NCBI GenBank assembly: GCA_002633005.1
Contig: NMRA01000007.1
Coordinates: 370,617 to 434,616, forward strand
Length of the DNA stretch: 64,000 nucleotides
Direction: 5' to 3'
Source: Phoronis australis
Lineage: Eukaryota > Animalia > Phoronida
Below, one piece after another: positions 56,766 to 64,000 of this stretch. The notes beneath the pieces are model-generated. The model did not search any database. It was not told the origin of the DNA and was given only the letters and a program-made list of their open reading frames with translations. Position 1 is the stretch's first letter. Each line of letters starts with the position of its first letter. Position numbers and translations under genes: made by a program.

Positions 56766-58094
56766 CTACCGCCAAAGAATCCTGGCACGTGATATCGGAT
56801 CTGTCAAATCAACGACAATCTCGACATCCGGGAGCTTTCAAAATGGTTGCGACCACTGTCAAATTTGCGGTGTTTCTGTAAACAGTTCAGTTATTTAATC
56901 TATAAAATTGCCCTTATGATACACTTCGTTCTTCTCTTACATTTAACGGATGGGTATTCGTCAACTGTGGGTCAAATGAAGTATGAGCTACTACCAGATG
57001 TTTCAGCCAAATCTAGGAACCAGTTCCTAGGCCAGATTGACTGCGTACTGTTAGCGACCCCAAGTGGGAAGTTCATGATCAGACTCGCAGACTTTTCAAC
57101 GTTCTCAGTCGGCCACCGTGAGCAATGTCACGTACCGCCGGAGCGGAGTGACACCGTTTTTATGACCATAGTTCTTTGCTCGTGAACTTTGCATATTGTT
57201 TGTTGCGATCGCGCTTATTTTTATATCTGAATTTTCCTGGGGCCCTGCGCCAACACTAACAGGCCAAGCTTCGATCCCATAAGGAATGTATTCGAGTCAT
57301 CTTTTTCCTTGGAGACTGGGGACACCGTAACTAATATACATGGGTTCAGTTTGGGAACAGTTAAACTTTTTTAATTAACCTGGGTTAAAGAAATGCCCTA
57401 TTCGTTCATCAACTAAACTTTTTGCTCTGCTAGGTAGTGACGGTTTTTCCGACTCATTGAGCGACCAAAGTAGAAGGCACTTAACCTGTTAACTGTTTGG
57501 GACGGTGGCTGGGCCGACAGGAAGAGCGTGACACTCAACTTCCTAACCAGCGTGATTTCATCGTTAAACTGATTTTTAGTTTTCGATTTGGAATTGAGTC
57601 TAGTGAGTGAAGTCCAGCCGGCGCTGCCTCAGGGGAGCCGGTGTCGTACGCGCACAGACTCACAGTCACAGGTCAATGAATTGTTTCAACTTAGTATGTA
57701 CCGGTATTATACAAACCAATAAATTTTATTGCAATTATTAAACGTGTGCGTAGTTCCTTTCTTTCCCTTCCTTTTCGCTGTTGCGTGCCCAAATTCCAAA
57801 GCGTTTTTGTCATAGTCTGGTGATTGACGGATAACGTAGGCACACCAGGAAGTTTGACAATAGACAAAAAAGCTTGCCGACTCCCACGAACCCCTGACGA
57901 TCGTTGAGAGAAAATTTGAAAAACTGACTATGTACTACGTGCTAACCGTTACGGAGGCCGGCTGCGTAGGAGCAACTAGGGGACAGTCTTCAGTCCCATC
58001 CCCATGCTACCAAGACTGGATGGCGGATTTTGAGAAGGTTGGGGGGGGGGGGGGAAAGGGNNNNNNATTTGGCAGTTCGGTGGTGCGAATACTC

Positions 58095-58294
58095 CAGAGG
58101 CAGATCCAGGATTTTGAGTTAGGGGTTGCCATGGCAGAGTATTAGCCAGGAATTTGCCCGTCAGACATTCACACCCCCCATCTGACAAATGTAAACTAGG
58201 AGAATTTTAGGGGGGGCCATGGCCTCCTCTAAATCCGAAACTGTACTCTATAGCTGCCCTGCCTCCCAAACTCAAAATCCTGGATTCACCCCTG
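58095..58294. mobile_element. GC-rich CAG...CTG TIR MITE (a related end at ~60455-60486)
   Basis: CAGAGGCAGATCCAGGATTTTGAGTTAGGG ... CCCAAACTCAAAATCCTGGATTCACCCCTG. Confidence 0.6.
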
Positions 58295-61200
58295 CGTGTT
58301 ACGCCCGCAATCGGTTGTCCAGTTCATCTATGTAATTAATGTACGTTTTAGCTCCGTAGGGTCAGCCTCGCATCCGCCCCGGCCAATAGTGCACGACTAA
58401 TTTCGGAGGGAAGCGGCTGCAAACGGCTTCCACTATCACGGAACTTTTGAATTAGACCATTACGCGGTCTCAAATTTAATTGTTACTCTTCAAATTAAAC
58501 GTGATTCTAGGACTTCGAAACAGCTGACAGTTCGTCAGTTTTTCAGACCATGCGCTACAAGTTAGATTATCACGCCGTGTCATTTTATGCTGCTCAGCCG
58601 GGCATTGTGCTTGAGGCCGAATAACGAACTCAGCTGTCGGTTCTTAGTTGCAAAACTAGAAATCATGTCTCATCTGAGTAAGGGGCAATTGAGACCAATT
58701 TTGTAACAGCCTGGTTTGAATCAGAATCTCGGCTTTTTGGACGAGTATGGGCTTATAGCCGCTTTATCTTAGAAAAATTCGCAAAATACTTGGAAATTTG
58801 AGCAGTAAACAGGTGGGCTGATTATAATTAGTCACTTTGAATGTCGAATTTCCATTGTCTACTATGGTAAAGACTTTCGCGCTCAGAATTACCCACCGGG
58901 CTCGAGCCGGATTAATCCATAAGTAATTTTACCGCTAGATATCACGTTCAACTCAAACTTATGAGTCACCTCTCCAGCTTAACGACGTTTTGCCGACCTG
59001 CAGCGAGTACCATATGTTTGTTGAACAACTCAGTTGGACTTGAATTTATTGATTGGATTCGTAACGCCACGTTTTTAGTAAAATTTAACTGATGAGTGTT
59101 TAGAAAGACACATAGGCCAATGTCAAACGGCGTTATTAGTTTCATGGAAGTACAGGGCGCCTTGAAAACTTCCTTACCGCGCGCGTCTCGGGCGTACCCA
59201 CGCACATAACTCTTCTCCGGCACATTATCCCCTTCCGAGGCACGTTATACCCCTTTCACAGACGCATATCTCTGCTTCCTTTACCCTTTTTCGCGTAGTC
59301 TCACAGACAAACCCTAGTCCCTCACATGGTTCCTTGTCAATGGCCTAGTCGCCAACTCACACACAAACCCGTCGGTCGAGCGATTGAACAATTTTCCTGT
59401 TAACTGTATTTTCATTTTTTCAAGTGCTTGAATACCGGTATCTTAAAATAAGATAGAAATTGTCCTTTTCACTTCTGTGAATATTATCCAGTTTACCTGG
59501 AGAATTAGAGAATGTGCTTACAAGCAGAGGCTATTTACAGTTGATTTGAGCGCAGAGATTTTATAACCAGTTATGCGAAGTGGCTCGAGAGAAGACTGTG
59601 AGAGTATAAAGTACTCATGTAGCTTTCGCGAGCTATCCGGCTTTTAAACTTTAGTTCACGATTAAAGTTGGATTTCAGTTTGTTGAAATGGATGAAGAAA
59701 ATATAGAATTAGGCCATTTACTCTTATGAAATCGGTCTCATAGTAATGCCCCCTACTGTGATAGGGTTACATTGCTGTCACCAATTCAAGTCGTAGGCAA
59801 TAATTACATGCATAACTTTTCGAATTTGCAATTCTAGGTTAGCCAACCTCAATAAACACTGAAGCGTTTTCTCGAGTCGGTGATTGTTTTGTTATTCTTT
59901 GCAACGGAAATAGAATCCTGTCACGATAGGCCTAAGGAGTACCATGAGACTGAAAGTAACAGACCCAATTCTATTTTTCGCTTTAGCCAGAATGAAATGG
60001 AGTTTTAAAATTTAGAAAGTTTGAGATTTACAGAGAAGATTTTACGAACACAAAATGTCACCTGCGACTGCAAAAATAAACTCAGGCACATCAAAAGTAC
60101 ACCTCCAATATGCATGTGCATTCAAGAAACTTCGTAGACTCGCAAATGCATGAATAGTAGGTCTGTCAAAGTGATCCCCATTTACATCCGGGTTTCCTGC
60201 TTCTGGTTCACGTGTCACGTATTCCTGATGGGAGAACGTAAGTGATGTTGATTTTCGAATTAATCCGCCTACAGAGAAAATATTTAAAAAATGAGCACCC
60301 CGTTGTATCTTTACTGTTTGTGGTGCACAAGCAGTGGCAGGTTTAAGGGGAGCTAAAGGGGCCATGGCCCCCCAAAAATTCTTCCAGATTCCATTTGGTA
60401 GTTTAGTGGTACGAATGTCCGACTGGCAAATCCTGGCTAATGCTCTGACCTGGTCGCCCTAACTCAAAATCCTGGATCCGCCTCTGACAAGGTTGGAGGC
60501 ATATCAACCCTCCGCGCTCGTCTTATTATCACTATTTCACATTTTGATGTCCAGGACAACTTTGTAACGTTGTAGAGAACTCAATCGTTTAGAATATTTC
60601 GTTTGAATCGAATTTTGTCATCAGTTATGTCTTGGCTCAATAATAAAAATCTCGATACATAAAAACATTTTTCTTATCGTGGAATCGGAGAGGTAGTGGT
60701 GCTTTGTCTAATCTGCAAGATGAAAGTGAATAATTTTTATCTTATTTCCAGTTCTAAAATACAAGTTCGAACCAGAGTTTAATTTAATATTTTTCATGGC
60801 ATAAAGGCATGTTAAAAAGTTGATACTGTTAAAATAAAACAGATACATCAATCATTTTTCAGTTTTCATGCAGACTGGCACCTGTGATAAAAAGGGTTTC
60901 GGGTTATTCAGAACAAATTCTTTGAGATTGGGTCTGTTTAATGCCTTCTGCCTTGAGCAAATGGGAAAGGGATTTGAGTCATAATGGCAACAAATATGTA
61001 ACACTTTAAAATTTTGGTCATGTAAATGACACGTGACCGAGAATCGAATTGTTGCAGATAAAAGTACTAGGTCACAGAATCAAAGGAACTAGGCTTGTGG
61101 CTAGTAATGGGATAATTTGTAACCAACTTTTGTACATTTTGTCAGAAGGATTGAACCAGTAGATATAGTGAATTTGTTTTGCAGTTGTTCAGTTGCTAAA

Positions 61201-64000
61201 TTTTTGTGGAAAATTTGTGAATTGTTTTGTAAGTTGTAGGAAAACGAAATATAGGCGCACACACGTATTATATAGATAACAAAAATTGAAAACCTTTCTA
61301 TTTTTCATTTATAAATTATTTTTTCATTGTATTTCTAGACAAATTACATTTCTTAGCAAGGTGGAAAGAAAGGCTTATTTAATAATGTATGAGAAGCCTT
61401 GCTTGAATAAGTCTGCAGCTCTTGTCAGGGTTGAGTTACGTGGACGCGAAGGAAGCTACTGCATAGGCAGATCCATGGGGGTCAAGGGGGTCCCGACCCC
61501 CTTTTCCCATGATTTTAGTGATGTTTAATTGTTTACTTGTACCCCCTTTTTAAACATCCTTGATCCTACCCCCCTGTAGTGCCATGACGTGGTTTTCTTC
61601 TGAAGGTATGAACGGTCAATATGGAGAATTAGCAACTCCGAAACATGAGTTTACAACTTCATAATCTGTCAACATCGTATGATAATGGTACTTATGTAAC
61701 ATTGATTAAGGAAGCAAATGGCGTACTTGAGCGTGCGATGGTAGCATTCACTGTTTTAGTATTTACGTGTTTTGTATATTTATGTTTCTGAAAATTAAAA
61801 TTTACAAAACCTAAAATTCAAATTTGAAATTTCTGCGTTTAAAAATATGTGATCGGCAACTGTGTTTATGCAATATTCATGTAATGTAGGCCAAAAATCG
61901 AAATTAGAGTACAAAATTTATTGTGATGAACGCAAATTCACTACCTACACGCCAGCCCTCGGGAGCGTGAAATTATTAATTTTCATAAATTTTCCGATGC
62001 CCCCCCCAGTTCTAAAACCAGACCCAAACACGTTACCCCCAGCCGCCGCGTTTGGATATACATTATAAGGAAAGCGCTACCCCATAGCACTTGAGAAGAG
62101 CGTTTGTCGTATATTATGCGAGTAGTTAAGCCCATGGGCGTATGTTCGAAAGTGCACCTATACCCATAATGAGGGACATGCCCAAGTCACGCGCCTGTGA
62201 CACCCATCTGCAAAAACAAGCGAAACTTGGGTACATACGCCGTCCCATATCAGAAACGAGTAAACATTTTTCTTAAAAAAGAAAATCAAATATAGGCACA
62301 TGGGCCGAAATACGAGCATATAAGTGCAGGCTCAAAACAATCACTTGTAGACGCAATTCCTTATACAGTTATATAGGTGAGTGTTATCAACTGGATGTTT
62401 AGCGTTTTTATCAATTCTTTGTATTTTTCAATTATCTTATTAATCTAAAGCTGTAGGCGTAATAAATCGATTTCAACCAAAAATGAGTTTTGATTTAATG
62501 GCCAGACCACTCATAGAATTAGTTCCAACTTGTTCTTAACTCAAATTAAAGGTGATTAGTTCTCAATGGACTTAGAATTTTGTTATTGCACGAGACCATT
62601 CAAGAAATTGGCTTGTATCTTATGCGCCGTGCATGGGCTCAAGCAATAAGGGATAGTCAGACGAGTTTTTCCCTCTAACCTCAGAAACTTCTCATTTGAG
62701 TGAGGAAAACGTTAAAACCGGTAAAGCGGTAAGTTCTAAGTCAAAATCGGTTTTATAGCAGGTGTCTGTTACATGGTAAGTGACTTTAGATTAAATTTAG
62801 AAACTTAGTCTGAATAAATATCAAATCTCACTTGAGCAAAAATTTTAGGTCTTTAAGATTATACACACAAATGCTAGTCATCCATTGGATAATTTCTAAG
62901 TTTATTTCCAGGCTGTGATACGCTCATAAGTCCTTGACCGTCAAGTGAGAGCGTTATACCAGATTCTGTTCAAAGTCCTAGGATTGTGCAGGATCCAAGT
63001 AAAATGTCCAAATTGAATAAATTTGTAACATCGTATCTCAGAAATGACTGATCTGATTGATATGTAACTTTCATACACTATGCTTCGTACATAATTGTTC
63101 TCCAAAACAATTTGGAGAAATGCAGCAGCGTTTCTGGCATTTCATTAGGAACATTTATATCAAATGAAATTTGGCCATGTTATTGATACGGTTGCTTTCA
63201 GTGAACATTCCTCTTTTGCTAAATTTTACTAACTTAAGAAGACAAGGCCACGTGACCCAATTAATGGCAGATTGGTAATAATCTAATTCTACGGATTTTC
63301 TACTTTAGGAAAATATATACATTACTTTTACCAAGTTAAAAGCGATAGTTTTGTGCGTAACTGGCTGTATGCATCTACTTGTCGATAAAGTTATTCTACA
63401 TAAACTTTTTTGAAACAAACCCTAGAACTCAAAGCGCTTACCTTTACTCATTCACTCATGCATAATCTTAAATTAAATCACTGGCTTTTCTCTGTTTCGC
63501 ATCAATGACGCATAGAACTAAAAAAAAATTCGTTTGGCGCTTCCTAAATGGGGGCAAATACGGTAAACCACTTTAACACACAAAACACAAACATTAGTGA
63601 ACATAAACAATCGATGTATTGAAAAAATAATGCATAGACTGATGTAGGCCTAATTATTGCAAAATTGACAGAATAATTTTTCAAGGCTCGGAGTGCTAAT
63701 GATCAGTCCGAGTTAGCAAGCGGGCGGAACTGTTCAGTAACCTAAACTCAATTGAAAATTCACACAGCAAATTTGAAAGATATAATTTCCCAAAGAGCAA
63801 CTGACCAAGTGAAATTAAAATCCACACAGTGCTCGTTTCGCACGCTTTTGACCATTCTATAGGATATAATTTTCGTATCTTGAGTTTGGTCCCGCCTTAG
63901 ACCAAAATGAATATTTTTTCAAGAATCTAGGCTCTTACAAAGGCGGTACTCACAGTCACCAGAATCATTAAAACATTTGCTCAATTACGAACGCACTGTA

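Noticed and set aside
57200-64000. Possible hidden gene upstream of EML6
   Set aside because: Only short ORFs without homology cues; the region is dominated by repeats shared with other parts of the window.

Overview
This is AT-rich, intron-rich eukaryotic (animal) genomic DNA, most plausibly from a marine invertebrate such as a lophotrochozoan; the species cannot be determined from the sequence. Three protein-coding genes were rebuilt by hand from GT-AG junctions with consistent reading phases. (1) A Rel-class NF-kB transcription factor on the minus strand (13 coding exons, 18000->4607, ~495 aa, no ankyrin repeats). (2) A two-exon TEX55/C3orf30-like dimerization/docking-domain gene on the plus strand (18221-20447, 158 aa), head-to-head with Rel; only 220 bp separate the start codons, and that interval holds two kB sites and a perfect CRE. 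(3) An EML5/EML6-type triple HELP-WD microtubule-associated protein on the minus strand (38 coding exons, 56705->24645, ~1967 aa). Two gap-flanked tandem duplications (22.2-23.5 kb and 39.5-44.8 kb) look like uncollapsed haplotypes. Introns and flanks contain MITEs, tRNA-derived SINE heads, an RTE-like 5'UTR fragment and Penelope-like remnants with degenerate minimal hammerhead ribozyme motifs. No convincing gene was found in 1-2.4 kb or 57-64 kb. Most entries in the supplied ORF track are spurious or are exon fragments.
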